DNA of 64,000 bases, from assembly GCA_030024085.1 (NCBI GenBank), contig JASEJE010000015.1:14375-78374 (forward strand), given 5' to 3'. A model generated the notes under the pieces. It ran no database searches, was not told the origin of the DNA, and saw only the letters and a list, made by a program, of their open reading frames with translations. The first letter of the stretch is position 1, and each line of letters starts with the position of its first letter. Both the position numbers and the translations under genes were made by a program. Positions 17,924 through 29,564 of this stretch are shown here, in pieces. The stretch is from Bacillota bacterium. GTDB lineage: Bacteria > Bacillota > SHA-98 > UBA4971.

Positions 17924-18366
17924 GATTCACCCTCCAGAGCCGACCACGTTTGGCCGACCACGTTTGCTTGTTGAATAGTTCGGGAAATGGCCCGCATTTC
18001 CTTCCGCGCTGAAGTGGCAGCCCACATTCCGCAGGTAGAATATGCCACATCGTAATTACCGATGGCGCTTGAGCTCATAGATTCACAGAAGATTGCAGCT
18101 TAATGCTTTCACAATCTTCTGATCGACCACAAACCGCGACATAAAGCCATCTGTCAAATTCTACGTGCGGAGAGCCGGCGGCAGGAAGACGACCAGGCTG
18201 CTGGCGGGAGCCCGAGGACATCATGAGAGGGACAAAAGCGGATAGGGAAAACCGGCCCCCCTCCCCGGCGACGGGGCAGGGCGACCGGTTCCTGAATCGC
18301 GCAACATGCTCGCCCTCCGGTGGAGGGCCGCTTCTCGGAAAAGGCCGCTTCTCGAAGAGCGGACTC

Positions 18367-18777
18367 TTACCTCTTCGAGAACTGAGGAGCCTTACGTGCC
18401 TTCTTGAGGCCGTACTTCCGCCGCTCTTTCATGCGCGGGTCGCGAGTGAGGAGACCTGCTCCCTTGAGAGCCGGACGCAGGTCGGGGTTTACAGCCTGGA
18501 GCGCCCTGGCGATGCCATGGGTAACGGCTCCCGCCTGACCTGTGGGACCGCCGCCCTCGACCTTGGCAACCACATCATACTTGTCGGCGGTCTCAGTAAC
18601 CACGAAAGGCCGCCGTACGAGGATCTCCAGGATCTTCCGACCGAAATACTCAGATACGGGCTTTCCGTTAACAATAATGTCTCCATGGCCAGGTTTCAAC
18701 TGCACCCTCGCCACGGAACACTTGCGCCTGCCTGTCGCGAGCATGGCCGATGCATTGCCGATCTCAGCTAGTGCCAT
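18367..18777 (-). CDS. rpsI: 30S ribosomal protein S9
   Basis: [24 protein letters not shown]. Confidence 0.98.
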   Translation of the reverse strand: MALAEIGNASAMLATGRRKCSVARVQLKPGHGDIIVNGKPVSEYFGRKILEILVRRPFVVTETADKYDVVAKVEGGGPTGQAGAVTHGIARALQAVNPDLRPALKGAGLLTRDPRMKERRKYGLKKARKAPQFSKR

Positions 18778-18813
18778 GCCTTACCCCCCTTTCGTGCCTG
18801 TGCCTCGGTCCCC

Positions 18814-19248
18814 TCATTCCTCGATCTCGAGGGGTTTCGGCTTCTGCGCCGCGTGCGGGTGCTCTGCGCCGCGGTATACTTTCAGCTTCTTCCAGAGCGA
18901 ACGCCCAAGCCGATTATGGGGAAGCATACCCCTCACGGCGTGTTCTATGACAGCCTCGGGCCTCCTCGAGATCATGACATCGTAAGGAACGGCCCGAAGC
19001 GCGCCCGGATAGCCGCTGTGTCTGTAATACATCTTGTCCTTCGCCTTGTTGCCGGTGACCCTGACCTTCTCGGCGTTGATGACGATCACGTGGTCGCCGG
19101 TGTCGAGACTGGGCGTGTACGTGGGTTTATGCTTACCCCGTATCACCTTCGCAACCTGGCTTGCGAGCCTGCCGAGGGTCTTTCCCTCGGCGTCCACCAC
19201 ATACCATTCCCCGCCCTGCGCATCGGGCCTGGGCCCACTGCCAGTCAT
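18814..19248 (-). CDS. rplM: 50S ribosomal protein L13
   Basis: [28 protein letters not shown]. Confidence 0.97.
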   Translation of the reverse strand: MTGSGPRPDAQGGEWYVVDAEGKTLGRLASQVAKVIRGKHKPTYTPSLDTGDHVIVINAEKVRVTGNKAKDKMYYRHSGYPGALRAVPYDVMISRRPEAVIEHAVRGMLPHNRLGRSLWKKLKVYRGAEHPHAAQKPKPLEIEE

Positions 19249-19335
19249 AAAAGATCCACCTCACAACGCTTTGACCTGGTAAATTGCAGAATCGCGGCCA
19301 GAGAAACCAAATGCGGGCCGCAAGCCCCAACGCGT

Positions 19336-19364
19336 ATTCTAATATACCCTCGCCAGCGTGTCAA
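19336..19364 (-). promoter_or_regulatory. Sigma-A promoter for rplM-rpsI
   Basis: TTGACA-N17-TAGAAT. Confidence 0.8.
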
Positions 19365-20223
19365 GAACGAACCATGCGCCCCTGCGTCCCTCCTGCGCCC
19401 CTTGCGCCCGCCCCCTGCTGCCCGTGCGGTGGTCGGTCGTGCCAGAGTCGGGGTCGGGGTTGGGATCGGGGTCGAGGTCGGGCTCGCCACCGTAGTCCAC
19501 ACGCACCAGGCAGAGACCTTTCGCCGGAGCCGTGGGACCCGCCAGCCGCCTGTCGCGCCTGTCCCGGATCCGCGCCACGTCACCAGGCGCAAGCTTCCCA
19601 GTGCCCACCATTATCAGAGTGCCCACGATTATCCTCACCATGTTGTAGAGAAACCCGTCGGCCTCCACAGTTACCCTGACGAGGCCCTCCCCGGCCTCCA
19701 GCGCGCAGCGCCTGACCTCGCGAGTGAACGTCTTCGCCCCGCCGTGAGCTGCCGCAAACGACCGGAAGTCATGCCGCCCAACGATATGTCCACACCCCTC
19801 CCGCATCGCCTCCATGTCGAGCGCGAGAGGGATGTGGTGGGCATAGTTCCGGAGGAACACCGATGGGACAGGCCTCGTGTCGATGACGTACTGGTAGGTC
19901 TTCCCCCGAGCATCATACCGCGCGTGAAACTCGTATGGCGCGTCCCCGGCCCCAATCACCCTGATGTCCGCCGGGAGCACGCTGTTCAGCGCGGGGACGA
20001 ACTTCTCCGCCGGCATCCTCGCACCCGTCCGGAAATTCACTACCTGGCCCACCGCATGCACTCCGGCGTCCGTCCGGCCTGCCCCTATGACGTTTGCCGG
20101 CGTCTTCGTTATGACGGCCACAGCGCGCTCCAGCTCAGACTGGATCGTCGGCAGGCCGTCCTGCCGCTGAAACCCGTAATACGCTGTGCCGTCGTATTCC
20201 ACCGTCAGTCTGATGTTCCTCAT
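19339..20223 (-). CDS. truA: tRNA pseudouridine(38-40) synthase
   Basis: EYDGT, AGRTDAGVHA, FLYNMVR, TAPAKGL; low-complexity C-terminal tail. Confidence 0.96.
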   Translation of the reverse strand: MRNIRLTVEYDGTAYYGFQRQDGLPTIQSELERAVAVITKTPANVIGAGRTDAGVHAVGQVVNFRTGARMPAEKFVPALNSVLPADIRVIGAGDAPYEFHARYDARGKTYQYVIDTRPVPSVFLRNYAHHIPLALDMEAMREGCGHIVGRHDFRSFAAAHGGAKTFTREVRRCALEAGEGLVRVTVEADGFLYNMVRIIVGTLIMVGTGKLAPGDVARIRDRRDRRLAGPTAPAKGLCLVRVDYGGEPDLDPDPNPDPDSGTTDHRTGSRGRAQGAQEGRRGAWFVLDTLARVY

Positions 20224-20396
20224 AGCCCACACCGGTTGCCGGAGGTTGCCGGTACCCGCACCATGTGGCCGCAGGATTTCGCCGCTTGCCTGCAGCCCGG
20301 ATTCCACGGAGGGAGAACGTCGGCGCCCCTGGACGCAGCACCCGCGACCCCGAGCGCGCCATGCCGGCGACGCGGACTCGTAAGCCCACTCCCCGC

Positions 20397-21197
20397 TCAG
20401 AAATACACCGCCACGAGAGCGAGAACCGCCGTGGACCCCAGAGTCGCCAGAACGTCTCTTGCGCCCGCGCGCAGCTGCTTCATCCTTGTGCGGCCCTGCC
20501 CACCCCGGTAGCACCTGGCCTCCATGGCCATGGCAAGCTCGTCGGCCCGCCGGAACGCGCTCACGAAGAGCGGCACCAGAAGCGGAACGAGGCTCTTCGC
20601 CTTCTGGAGTACGTTTCCGGTCTGGAAGTCGGCCCCGCGCGCCATCTGGGCTTTCATGATCTTGTCGGTCTCTTCGAGGAGAGTCGGTATGAACCTCAGC
20701 GCTATCGTCATCATCATGGCCAGCTCGTGCGCGGGCACTCCCACCAGCCTCGCCGGCGCGAGAAGGCTCTCGATGCCATCGGTGAGCTCAATGGGGGACG
20801 TGCTCAGCGTCAGGATAGACGTCGCCAGCACGAGCAGGACGAGGCGCATCGACATGGCGAACCCCCTGAAAGCTCCCTCATACGTGGCAACCAGCGGACC
20901 GAGCCTGAAGATCACCCGCCCCTCGTTCATGAAGAGATGAAGCCCGAACGTCAGCACTAGGATGAAAAGCAAGGGCCGCACACCGCGAAGCACGAACCTG
21001 GCCGGTAAATGGGCGAGGACCATGGCGCCAAGAATGAAGAGGAGGATGATCCCATACCCCGCCATCGTATGGACCAGGAACAGCACGGTGATGACGGCGA
21101 GAGCGATGAGCATCTTCGCCCTCGGATCAAGCCTGTGCACCGGCGAGTCGCCGGGGATGTACTGGCCGATGGTGACGTTACCGAACACGGCCCTCAC
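20397..21197 (-). CDS. ecfT: ECF transporter transmembrane component T
   Basis: GQYIPGDS..HRLDPR, ALRFIP, AMEARCY. Confidence 0.95.
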   Translation of the reverse strand: MRAVFGNVTIGQYIPGDSPVHRLDPRAKMLIALAVITVLFLVHTMAGYGIILLFILGAMVLAHLPARFVLRGVRPLLFILVLTFGLHLFMNEGRVIFRLGPLVATYEGAFRGFAMSMRLVLLVLATSILTLSTSPIELTDGIESLLAPARLVGVPAHELAMMMTIALRFIPTLLEETDKIMKAQMARGADFQTGNVLQKAKSLVPLLVPLFVSAFRRADELAMAMEARCYRGGQGRTRMKQLRAGARDVLATLGSTAVLALVAVYF

Positions 21198-22044
21198 TCC
21201 TGAGGAGCCTCAGAAGCTCCGCTTTCGCCTCTTCCACTGTGAGCATGTCAGTCCTCACCTGTTTTCCCCGCCTCGCAAGCTCGTGCATGAGTTCGGTGAC
21301 CTGGGGAACACCGAGGCCCGTGTCCCTCAGGAGGTCCGTCATGCAGAACACCTCGCGCACCGGCCCGTCGGCCACCACCCGCCCCTCGTGCATCACGACG
21401 AGCCTTTTGGCAAGCCTGGCAACGTCCTCCATGCTGTGGGACACCAGCACGACCGTGTATTCGAACTCCCGGTGAAGCGTCTCCATCTCTCTGAGCAGCT
21501 CGTCGCGGCCGCGCGGGTCCAGGCCTGATACCGGCTCGTCGAGGACGAGCACCGACGGCTCCATGGCGAGCACCCCGGCTATCGCAGCCCGCCTCATTTC
21601 GCCGCCGGACAGCTCGAACGGGGACCTGTCCCTCACGGCCTCGAAGTCGAGCCCGACCATCTCGATGGCCCGCCTCACGCGCCGGGAGATCTCGTCCTCG
21701 TCGAGTCCCAGGTTCCTGGGACCAAAGGCCACATCCGCAAACACAGTCTCCTCGAAGAGCTGATGCTCCGGGTACTGAAATACGAGGCCGACCTTCTGGC
21801 GGATGTCCTTGAGCCGCACGTCCCTCTGCCAGATGTCCACGGCGTCGACAAGGACCCGCCCCCGCGTGGGCTTCAGGAGCCCGTTGAAGTGCTGTATGAG
21901 CGTGGACTTTCCCGACCCTGTCTCCCCTATGATCCCGATAAACTCCCCGTCGTGTATGTCGAGGTTGACGTCCTCGAGTGCGGCGCGCTCGAAGGGCGTG
22001 CCCGGGTTGTACGTGTAGTAGAGGCCCTCAACCCTTATCGACAC
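21178..22044 (-). CDS. ecfA2: ECF transporter ATPase A2
   Basis: GETGSGKST, FQYPEHQLF, SPFELSGG. Confidence 0.94.
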   Translation of the reverse strand: MSIRVEGLYYTYNPGTPFERAALEDVNLDIHDGEFIGIIGETGSGKSTLIQHFNGLLKPTRGRVLVDAVDIWQRDVRLKDIRQKVGLVFQYPEHQLFEETVFADVAFGPRNLGLDEDEISRRVRRAIEMVGLDFEAVRDRSPFELSGGEMRRAAIAGVLAMEPSVLVLDEPVSGLDPRGRDELLREMETLHREFEYTVVLVSHSMEDVARLAKRLVVMHEGRVVADGPVREVFCMTDLLRDTGLGVPQVTELMHELARRGKQVRTDMLTVEEAKAELLRLLRSEGRVR

Positions 22045-22053
22045 GGCCCTTCA

Positions 22054-23106
22054 TCACCTTCCCCCGCACGAGGCCGCTGCGGCGCGCCCACCGTCAGGCT
22101 CGTCGTCGGCCCGGCTCCCGCACCCGAAGCCTCCGGCCGCGCCGGTCGTCCCAGACGCGCAGGTCGGGCCGCCGGTCGGGCCGGCTGCGGCGCCGGACGA
22201 TCCGTGTGCTCGAGACATCAGGCCCGGCCTGCTGGCCCGCCCATCTCCCGCTGTGGAGTGCAGGTCGCCGCTCGCGCCGGTGACTGCGTCGGCAAACTCC
22301 TCTACGGTCAGGATATCAGGCGGAAGATGCGCCCCACTCCTGTTCAACTCATACGCAAGCTCAGTCACCTGCGGGACGTCCAGGTGCAGTGACCTCAGGG
22401 TCTCCACCTGGCTGAACACCTTGCGCGGACTTCCGTCGAGGACGATCCGGCCCGCCTCCATCACGATCACGCGGTCAGCCTGTACTGCTTCACTCATGAA
22501 GTGGGTGATCAGAATGACGGTGATGCCCTCCTCCCTGTTCAGGCGCGCGACGGTCCGCATGACCTCGCGTCTTCCCGAAGGGTCGAGCATCGCCGTGGGC
22601 TCATCGAGTACGATGCACTCCGGACGCATTGCGATGACCCCTGCAATGGCGATACGCTGCTTCTGTCCCCCCGACAGGAGATGAGGGGCATGCTTCGGGT
22701 ATTCCGCCATGTCGACGCACTCCAGCGCCTCCCGCACCCGCCGCCGGATCTCGGCAGGGGGCACGCCCAGGTTCTCGGGGCCGAAGGCCACGTCCTCCTC
22801 GACGGTCGTGGCGACGATCTGGTTGTCAGGGTTCTGGAACACCATGCCCACCGTCTGACGTATCTTCCACAGGTTGCGCAGGTCGCTGGTTTTCATCCCC
22901 TTGACCCACACCGTCCCTGACGTGGGAACGAGAAGGGCGTTGAAATGCTTGGCCAGCGTGGACTTGCCTGACCCGTTGTGGCCGATGACGGCGACGAACT
23001 CTCCCCGCACGACGGCGAGGTTCACGCCGCGAAGCGCGGCGTGCGCGCCCTCACCGCCGGGCCCGTACTGGTATGCCAGGTTTTCGGCCCTCAGCATCTC
23101 CTCCAA
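22054..23106 (-). CDS. ecfA1: ECF transporter ATPase A1 (with low-complexity C-terminal tail)
   Basis: [24 protein letters not shown]. Confidence 0.94.
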   Translation of the reverse strand: MEEMLRAENLAYQYGPGGEGAHAALRGVNLAVVRGEFVAVIGHNGSGKSTLAKHFNALLVPTSGTVWVKGMKTSDLRNLWKIRQTVGMVFQNPDNQIVATTVEEDVAFGPENLGVPPAEIRRRVREALECVDMAEYPKHAPHLLSGGQKQRIAIAGVIAMRPECIVLDEPTAMLDPSGRREVMRTVARLNREEGITVILITHFMSEAVQADRVIVMEAGRIVLDGSPRKVFSQVETLRSLHLDVPQVTELAYELNRSGAHLPPDILTVEEFADAVTGASGDLHSTAGDGRASRPGLMSRAHGSSGAAAGPTGGPTCASGTTGAAGGFGCGSRADDEPDGGRAAAASCGGR

Positions 23107-23188
23107 GGAGACGTCCCCCTAAAACCCACAAAAAGTGCGCAGTCGCGCACTCTTGCAGGAAGAGATGGTTCAGCCATCGGGTGAGTCG

Positions 23189-23527
23189 TTACAGCAGTTC
23201 GACTATGACCTCGGATGCGGCATCGCCCTGGCGCTCCCCCAGCTTGACGGTGCGGACGTAACCGCCCTGACGGTCCCTGTATCTCGGCGCAATGGTATCG
23301 AAGAGCTTCTTCGTGACTGCGTCGCTTCTGACATACCCGGCGACGAGCCTCCGGGCATGAAGGTCGCCCCTCTTGGCGAGGGTGATCAGCTTCTCCGCGA
23401 CCGGTTCCAGCTGCTTCGCCTTACCCTCGGTCGTGCGGATGCGCTCGTGCTCGAAGAGCGATGTCACGATGCTCCGGAGCATCGCCTTTCTATGGGCGCT
23501 CGTGCGCCCCAGCTTCGCCTGGTTCAT
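23189..23527 (-). CDS. rplQ: 50S ribosomal protein L17
   Basis: [21 protein letters not shown]. Confidence 0.97.
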   Translation of the reverse strand: MNQAKLGRTSAHRKAMLRSIVTSLFEHERIRTTEGKAKQLEPVAEKLITLAKRGDLHARRLVAGYVRSDAVTKKLFDTIAPRYRDRQGGYVRTVKLGERQGDAASEVIVELL

Positions 23528-23617
23528 ATCGAGATCCCTCCCGGACCAGAGGTCCCAAACGCTCTAGTTTCCACACCTGGCCAGCATATCACCGTCGAGA
23601 AAGCCCCGCTGAGTCCA

Positions 23618-24565
23618 CTACTCCTCCTGGTCTTCCGAGGGACGAAGGGATAGGCCGAGATTTGCCAGCTTTCCCTTGACTTCCTCCAGCGACTTCTTCC
23701 CGAGGTTCCTGACCTTCATCATGTCCTCCTCGGTCTTCCTGACGAGCTCCTGCACGGTGTTTATGCCCGCCCTCTTCAGGCAGTTGTAAGACCGCACCGA
23801 CAGATCCAGCTCTTCTATGGGCATGTCCAGAACACTATCCTTCTCATCCTCCGCTTTCTCCACCATCATCTCAATACGGTCGACTGTCTCCGTAAGGCTG
23901 GTGAACAGCGAAAGGTGACTTGCCAGGATCTTCGCCGCGAGGCTCGTGGCCTCCTTCGGCGGGACGCTCCCGTCGGTCCAGACCTCGAGTATGAGGCGGT
24001 CGTAGTCGGTGACCTGCCCGACTCGCGTATTCTCCACCTGGTAGTTCACCTTGCGGACAGGCGTGAAGATGGAGTCCACCGGGATCACTCCGATCACCGG
24101 CTCGCCCCTGCGTTTCTCAGCGGGGACATAGCCCCTGCCCTTCTCGATGGTTATCTCGGCGAAGAGCCTGCCGTTCTTGTCGAGCGTGGCTATGTGAAGC
24201 TCGGGGTTCAGGATCTCCACGTCAGGGTCGGCTATGATGTCCCTGGCCTTGACCTCCCCCTCGCCCTCAGCCTCGATCCTCACGACCTTCGGCCCGCCGG
24301 AATGCAACTTGACAAGGAGGTCCTTGAGGTTCAGGAGAATGTCGACGGTGTCCTCCACGACCCCGGGTATCACGGAGAACTCGTGAAGAACCCCCTCTAT
24401 CTTCACAGAAGAGACCGCTGCCCCCGGCAGGGATGAAAGGAGCACCCTCCGGAGCGCGTTCCCCAGGGTTATCCCGTAGCCCCTCTCGAGAGGTTCCACC
24501 ACGAACTTGCCGTAGTCGCTGGTGGCCTCCTGGCATTCGATTCTGGGCTTCTCTATCTCGATCAT
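23618..24565 (-). CDS. rpoA: RNA polymerase alpha subunit
   Basis: [29 protein letters not shown]. Confidence 0.98.
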   Translation of the reverse strand: MIEIEKPRIECQEATSDYGKFVVEPLERGYGITLGNALRRVLLSSLPGAAVSSVKIEGVLHEFSVIPGVVEDTVDILLNLKDLLVKLHSGGPKVVRIEAEGEGEVKARDIIADPDVEILNPELHIATLDKNGRLFAEITIEKGRGYVPAEKRRGEPVIGVIPVDSIFTPVRKVNYQVENTRVGQVTDYDRLILEVWTDGSVPPKEATSLAAKILASHLSLFTSLTETVDRIEMMVEKAEDEKDSVLDMPIEELDLSVRSYNCLKRAGINTVQELVRKTEEDMMKVRNLGKKSLEEVKGKLANLGLSLRPSEDQEE

Positions 24566-24667
24566 CCGCAGCTCTCCCTTCTGGTTTGTGCGGACCGCGC
24601 GCATGAGAGCCTGTCGCGATATCGCATGTCCCGCCCGGCGGCCGGGCGCGGCTCGTGCGACTACCGG

Positions 24668-25294
24668 TTACCTCGAGTACAGCTCGACAATCATGTGCTC
24701 CTGAACAGGTACGTCGATCTGCTCCCGTGTGGGCAGGCCGAGGATGGTCGCGCTCATGCCGTCGGGGTTGAGAGACAGCCACGCGGGCACCGAGCGACCG
24801 GGGGCGGCCTCCGCAGCCAGCTTGAACCGCGTAAGCTCCCGGCTTCCCTCCCGCACCGACACCACATCGCCTGGCTGCACGAGGTACGACGGAATGCTGA
24901 CCTTGTCTCCGTTTACGGCCATGTGGCCGTGCCTCACCATCTGGCGCGCCTCGGCCCTGGATGTTGCGAGACCCATGCGGTACACCACATTGTCCAGCCT
25001 GGACTCGAGTATCTGGAGAAGCGCCTCGCCGGTGACCCCACGCTTTCTTGACGCCATCTCGAAGTAACGTTCGAACTGCCTCTCGAGGACCCCATATATG
25101 CGGCGAAGCTTCTGCTTCTCGCGAAGCTGAACTGCGTACTCCGACATCTTCTTACGGCCCTGGCCGTGCTCACCAGGTGCATACGGCCGGCGATCGACCG
25201 AACATCTCTCGGTGTAACACCTGTCGCCTTTCAGGTACAGCTTCATGCCTTCGCGCCGGCACAACCTGCATACCGACTCTGTGTACCTGGCCAT
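24668..25294 (-). CDS. rpsD: 30S ribosomal protein S4
   Basis: [20 protein letters not shown]. Confidence 0.98.
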   Translation of the reverse strand: MARYTESVCRLCRREGMKLYLKGDRCYTERCSVDRRPYAPGEHGQGRKKMSEYAVQLREKQKLRRIYGVLERQFERYFEMASRKRGVTGEALLQILESRLDNVVYRMGLATSRAEARQMVRHGHMAVNGDKVSIPSYLVQPGDVVSVREGSRELTRFKLAAEAAPGRSVPAWLSLNPDGMSATILGLPTREQIDVPVQEHMIVELYSR

Positions 25295-25348
25295 CTAGCT
25301 TCCACCTCCTGATATCGTCAATGCTGTGCTGTCTCGCGTCCTGTCTCA

Positions 25349-25738
25349 TCATACCCTTCTGCGTTTCGGCGGCCGGCACCCGTTGTGAGGAATCGGGGTG
25401 ACGTCGCGGATCATGCTCACCTCGAGACCGGTGGCTTGCAGCGATCTGATAGCGGCTTCCCGGCCGGACCCCGGCCCTTTCACGAGCACCTCTATCTGGC
25501 GCATGCCGTGGTCCATGGCTGCCCTGGCAGCCGCCTCCGCCGCCATCTGTGCGGCAAACGGAGTGCCTTTCCTGGATCCTTTAAAGCCCTGCTTGCCGGC
25601 ACTCGACCACGAGACCACTCCGCCCTTCGGATCCGTTATGGTGACGATGGTATTATTAAACGTCGAGCGGATGTGCGCAACCCCGCTCTCGACGTTCTTG
25701 CGCTCACGCCTCTTCGTTCGTGTTGTCTTCCTCGGCAC
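25349..25738 (-). CDS. rpsK: 30S ribosomal protein S11
   Basis: [24 protein letters not shown]. Confidence 0.98.
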   Translation of the reverse strand: MPRKTTRTKRRERKNVESGVAHIRSTFNNTIVTITDPKGGVVSWSSAGKQGFKGSRKGTPFAAQMAAEAAARAAMDHGMRQIEVLVKGPGSGREAAIRSLQATGLEVSMIRDVTPIPHNGCRPPKRRRV

Positions 25739-25756
25739 GCCTCATGCTCCCCTTTC

Positions 25757-26128
25757 TCACTTGGATCTCCTCACACCCACGGTCTTCCTCGGACCCTTTC
25801 TCGTCCTGGCATTGGTCCTGGTGCGCTGACCCCTCACGGGCATGCCCCTCCGGTGGCGAAGCCCGCGATAGGTCCCGATATCGATGAGCCGCTTGATGTC
25901 GGCGGCCTGTTCAGAGCGAAGTTCCCCTTCGACCTTGTACTCCTTGTCTATGACCTCCCGAAGCCGCGTGATCTCTTCCTCCGTGAGATCACGCACCCTG
26001 GTGTCCGGGCTCACACCGGTCTTCTCCAGAATCTCCTTCGAGGTCGTAAGGCCCAAACCGTATATATAAGTCAGAGCTACCTCGATCCTTTTGTCCCTGG
26101 GAAGGTCAACCCCTGCGATCCTGGCCAT
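25757..26128 (-). CDS. rpsM: 30S ribosomal protein S13
   Basis: [24 protein letters not shown]. Confidence 0.98.
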   Translation of the reverse strand: MARIAGVDLPRDKRIEVALTYIYGLGLTTSKEILEKTGVSPDTRVRDLTEEEITRLREVIDKEYKVEGELRSEQAADIKRLIDIGTYRGLRHRRGMPVRGQRTRTNARTRKGPRKTVGVRRSK

Positions 26129-26148
26129 TCTTTCATCTCACCTCCAGC

Positions 26149-26262
26149 CTAGCCCTGCCGCTGCTTGTGTTTGGGATTCTCGCAGATAACCCGAAGGACG
26201 CCCTTGCGCCTGATTATCTTGCACTTATCACATATCTTCTTCACCGATGGCCGAACTTTCAT
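26149..26262 (-). CDS. rpmJ: 50S ribosomal protein L36
   Basis: [14 protein letters not shown]...HKQRQG. Confidence 0.97.
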   Translation of the reverse strand: MKVRPSVKKICDKCKIIRRKGVLRVICENPKHKQRQG

Positions 26263-26333
26263 CTCAAACCCTCCTGGCATTCCCGGTTCATGGCGCTGGT
26301 GAGCCTCACCTTCAAGACGCCATCGAAGCACCC

Positions 26334-26552
26334 TCACTTGAACCTGTAAGTTATCCTGCCTCGCGAGAGATCATAAGGCGAGAGCTCAACGCTTACCCTG
26401 TCCCCCGGCAGAATACGTATGAAGTTCATGCGCATCTTGCCGGACACGTGGGCAAGCACCCTGTGGCCGTTCTCGAGCTCGACCCTGAACATCGCGTTGG
26501 GCAGAGCCTCGATGACGGTTCCCTCGACCTCGATCGCATCCTTCTTACTCAT
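26334..26552 (-). CDS. infA: Translation initiation factor IF-1
   Basis: [23 protein letters not shown]. Confidence 0.98.
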   Translation of the reverse strand: MSKKDAIEVEGTVIEALPNAMFRVELENGHRVLAHVSGKMRMNFIRILPGDRVSVELSPYDLSRGRITYRFK

Positions 26553-26841
26553 GAGACCAGTCCGCCTTCCCGCAGGAATCATTATCAACTGCTCTCAAAG
26601 CCTCCCGGACCTCCTCATCGGTGACGCGCACACCTGCAAGCACCTTCGACTCGACGCCGCCGTCCACCTTGCGCGTGGCCATGAGATGGCGCACGTTCTT
26701 CTTCTTCGGGTTGGACACTCGCCGGTAAGTCCCGTCAGCAACGGTGACGAATGTATCGTCGATGACGTGCAGCACGATGTACCGTCTTCCTCTGTCTCTC
26801 CCCGCGATAGACACGACAACCTGGCCTGGTCGCATCTCCAC
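26545..26841 (-). CDS. KOW-domain RNA-binding protein (L14e-like)
   Basis: [22 protein letters not shown]; usual map-infA position. Confidence 0.88.
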   Translation of the reverse strand: MEMRPGQVVVSIAGRDRGRRYIVLHVIDDTFVTVADGTYRRVSNPKKKNVRHLMATRKVDGGVESKVLAGVRVTDEEVREALRAVDNDSCGKADWSHE

Positions 26842-26872
26842 TTGCCCACCGACCTCCCACATGCCTGGACGC

Positions 26873-27622
26873 TTAGAGAGCGGTCAGTATCTCAGGCCCG
26901 TCCTGCGTCACCGCGACGGTATGCTCGAAGTGAGCCGAGAGGGAACCGTCGCGCGTGACGACGGTCCAGTTGTCGTCAAGCGTCACAACATCGAATCCCC
27001 CAGCGTTGACCATCGGCTCGATCGCGAGCGTTGCACCGGCCTTGAGTTCAGGCCCCGGTTCGTGTCGTATCACGAAATTCGGCACCCTGGGCTCCTCGTG
27101 GACGCTACGCCCGATGCCGTGGCCTGCAAGCGCCCTGACCACGGAGAAGCCGTGCGACTCCACATGCTTCTGGATCGCCCTGGAGATATCGACCACTCGG
27201 TTCCCCGCGCGGGCCTGCTCGATCCCTTTGTAGAGAGACTCACGGGTCACCCGGAGAAGGCGCACCGCTTCGCCGGACACATCGCCCACCGGTAACGTCA
27301 CCGCGGAATCCCCATGGAAACCGTCCACCATGGCTCCCACATCGACGCTGACGATATCGCCCTCGTGCAAGCGCCGGCTGCCCGGGATGCCATGAACGAC
27401 CTCATCGTTGACGGAGATGCACGCGCTCGCGGGAAAGCCATACAGCCCCTTGAACGAGGGCGCAGCCCCGCACCCCCTGATGTACTTTTCCACGAACGTG
27501 TCAATCTCACCTGTCGTAAGCCCTGGCCTGATGAAACCGGCCAACTCCTCGAGAAGCCCTGCGAGCACCCTTCCAGCCTTCCTCATGCTGGCGATCTCCG
27601 CAGAGGACTTACATATCACCAT
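26873..27622 (-). CDS. map: Methionine aminopeptidase type I
   Basis: SVNDEVVHGIP, GHGIG..HEEP, SAHFEHT. Confidence 0.97.
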   Translation of the reverse strand: MVICKSSAEIASMRKAGRVLAGLLEELAGFIRPGLTTGEIDTFVEKYIRGCGAAPSFKGLYGFPASACISVNDEVVHGIPGSRRLHEGDIVSVDVGAMVDGFHGDSAVTLPVGDVSGEAVRLLRVTRESLYKGIEQARAGNRVVDISRAIQKHVESHGFSVVRALAGHGIGRSVHEEPRVPNFVIRHEPGPELKAGATLAIEPMVNAGGFDVVTLDDNWTVVTRDGSLSAHFEHTVAVTQDGPEILTAL

Positions 27623-28292
27623 CGGGGACACTTTCTTCAACAGCATTGCCTTCTTTGAGTGCTGATATGATTGACGCCGTGACCTCATCGATGTCCCGCT
27701 CGCCGTCAACGGCTACAAGCATACCTTTCCGCCGGTAGAACTCTATCACCGGCTCGGTTTCGACTGCGTAAACCCTGAGCCGTTCCCTTACCGTCTCCTC
27801 CCTGTCGTCATCGCGCTGGTACAGCGCTCCGCCGCACACCGGGCACTTTCCCGGCTCGGGAGGAGGGTTGAACTCCACATGATACACGGCGCCACACTGC
27901 CTGCACTGCCTTCGCCCCGAGAGCCGGCGCACAACCGTCTCCTCACCCGCCTCGATGCTCACAGCGGCATCGAGGCGAGTCCCGACATCCCGCAGCACGT
28001 CCTCGAGGGCACGTGCCTGCACGAGATTGCGAGGGAACCCATCCAGGACGAAGCCCCGCGAGGAGTCCGGACGCCCAAGCCTCTCCCTGACCAGCCCGAT
28101 GGTGACATCGTCAGGCACCAGCTTGCCGGCGTCCATGTACTTCTTGGCGGCAAGGCCCAGGGGCGTCTTCTGCGAAAGCGCCTCCCGGAACATCTCCCCC
28201 GTGGAGATGTGCGGCACCCCGAAATGGGCGCCAAGCCTCGTAGCCTGCGTGCCCTTGCCGACCCCCGGCGGGCCCAACAACACAAGGCGCAT
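27609..28292 (-). CDS. adk: Adenylate kinase
   Basis: GPPGVGKGTQ, LDGFPR, zinc LID CxxC...CxxC. Confidence 0.97.
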   Translation of the reverse strand: MRLVLLGPPGVGKGTQATRLGAHFGVPHISTGEMFREALSQKTPLGLAAKKYMDAGKLVPDDVTIGLVRERLGRPDSSRGFVLDGFPRNLVQARALEDVLRDVGTRLDAAVSIEAGEETVVRRLSGRRQCRQCGAVYHVEFNPPPEPGKCPVCGGALYQRDDDREETVRERLRVYAVETEPVIEFYRRKGMLVAVDGERDIDEVTASIISALKEGNAVEESVPDGDM

Positions 28293-28312
28293 CGCCAGGA
28301 ATGCCTCCCGTC

Positions 28313-29563
28313 TTACTTCATGAAGCCTTCATACTGCCTCATGAGGAGGTTTGCCTCGATCTGCTTCATCGTGTCCAGGGCCACGCCCACCACGATGAGG
28401 AGGGCCGTGCCACCGAAATAGATGGTGCTGAGCCTCGTAATACTCGTCATGATGTTCGGCAGCACCGCGACGGCAGCCAGGAACAGCCCGCCTACCAGCG
28501 TTATCCTGGTGAGCACCCGATCGAGGTATTCCGCTGTCGGCCTGCCCGGCCGCAGCCCGGGGATGAACCCGCCATACTTCTTCATGTTGTTTGCGACTTC
28601 CGTCACGTTGAACGTGATGGCCGTATAGAAGTACGTGAACGCCACAACCAGGACGGCGTATATCAGCATGTATGATATGCTGTCGCCTCGCAGCCAGTCC
28701 ATGAGGAATCTCAGCCTCGGTACGAACTGCGCGATGGTTAGCGGAAACGCCAGGAGCGACGACGCGAATATGACCGGGATCACGCCCGCTTGGTTCACCC
28801 GAAGCGGGATGTGAGTGGTCTGACCGCCGTAGACACGCCGCCCGACGACCCTCTTCGCATACTGCACCGGGATCCTTCTCGAGCCCAGCGTGATCCATAT
28901 GACCCCGACGATCGACGCGACCCCGAGCACCAGGAACAGCACGACGTTCAGGGGGCTCACACCGCCCCTACCGATACTGATTGCAGTCGTGTGCACCCCG
29001 GCCGGAAGCCTCGCTATGATGCCTGTGAAGATTATGAGCGAGATCCCGTTTCCGATGCCGTGCTCCGAGATCTTCTCGCCCAGCCACATCAGGAACGCTG
29101 TCCCCGCGGTCAGCGTGGTCACGATGAGGAAGACCGGAAGGACCCCCGGATCCTCAACCGCGCCCCGTATCCCCATGGTGATCCCGAGCGCCTGGATGAC
29201 ACCGAGCACCACAGTGCCATACCTGGTCCACTGGGCGATCTTGCGTCTCCCCTCGACTCCCTCCTTCGATAGCTCCTCGAGGCTGGGAATGACTATGGTG
29301 AGCAACTGCAGTATGATCGAAGCGGTGATGTACGGGTTCACTCCCATGGCGAAGACTGTAAACCTCCGCAGCGCTCCACCGGAGAACAGGTCGAGAAACT
29401 GGAAAATCCCTGTCTCGCCGTAGGTCTCGATAAGCCTGGCGACGTTGACGCCTGGAACCGGGATGAACGAGCCGATCCGAAATACCGCGATCAAAAGCGC
29501 GGTGTAAAGGATTTTCTTCCTCAGGTCAGCAACCCTGAAGGCGCTCGCAAGTGCTCCCAGCAA
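28313..29563 (-). CDS. secY: Preprotein translocase subunit SecY
   Basis: PYITASII, GNGISL, IPGLRPG, GGTALLI. Confidence 0.98.
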   Translation of the reverse strand: MLGALASAFRVADLRKKILYTALLIAVFRIGSFIPVPGVNVARLIETYGETGIFQFLDLFSGGALRRFTVFAMGVNPYITASIILQLLTIVIPSLEELSKEGVEGRRKIAQWTRYGTVVLGVIQALGITMGIRGAVEDPGVLPVFLIVTTLTAGTAFLMWLGEKISEHGIGNGISLIIFTGIIARLPAGVHTTAISIGRGGVSPLNVVLFLVLGVASIVGVIWITLGSRRIPVQYAKRVVGRRVYGGQTTHIPLRVNQAGVIPVIFASSLLAFPLTIAQFVPRLRFLMDWLRGDSISYMLIYAVLVVAFTYFYTAITFNVTEVANNMKKYGGFIPGLRPGRPTAEYLDRVLTRITLVGGLFLAAVAVLPNIMTSITRLSTIYFGGTALLIVVGVALDTMKQIEANLLMRQYEGFMK

Positions 29564-29564
29564 C

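Noticed and set aside
19205-19248. Atypical L13 N-terminus as a frameshift
   Set aside because: Length is normal and an RBS precedes the ATG; I found no clearly better alternative frame
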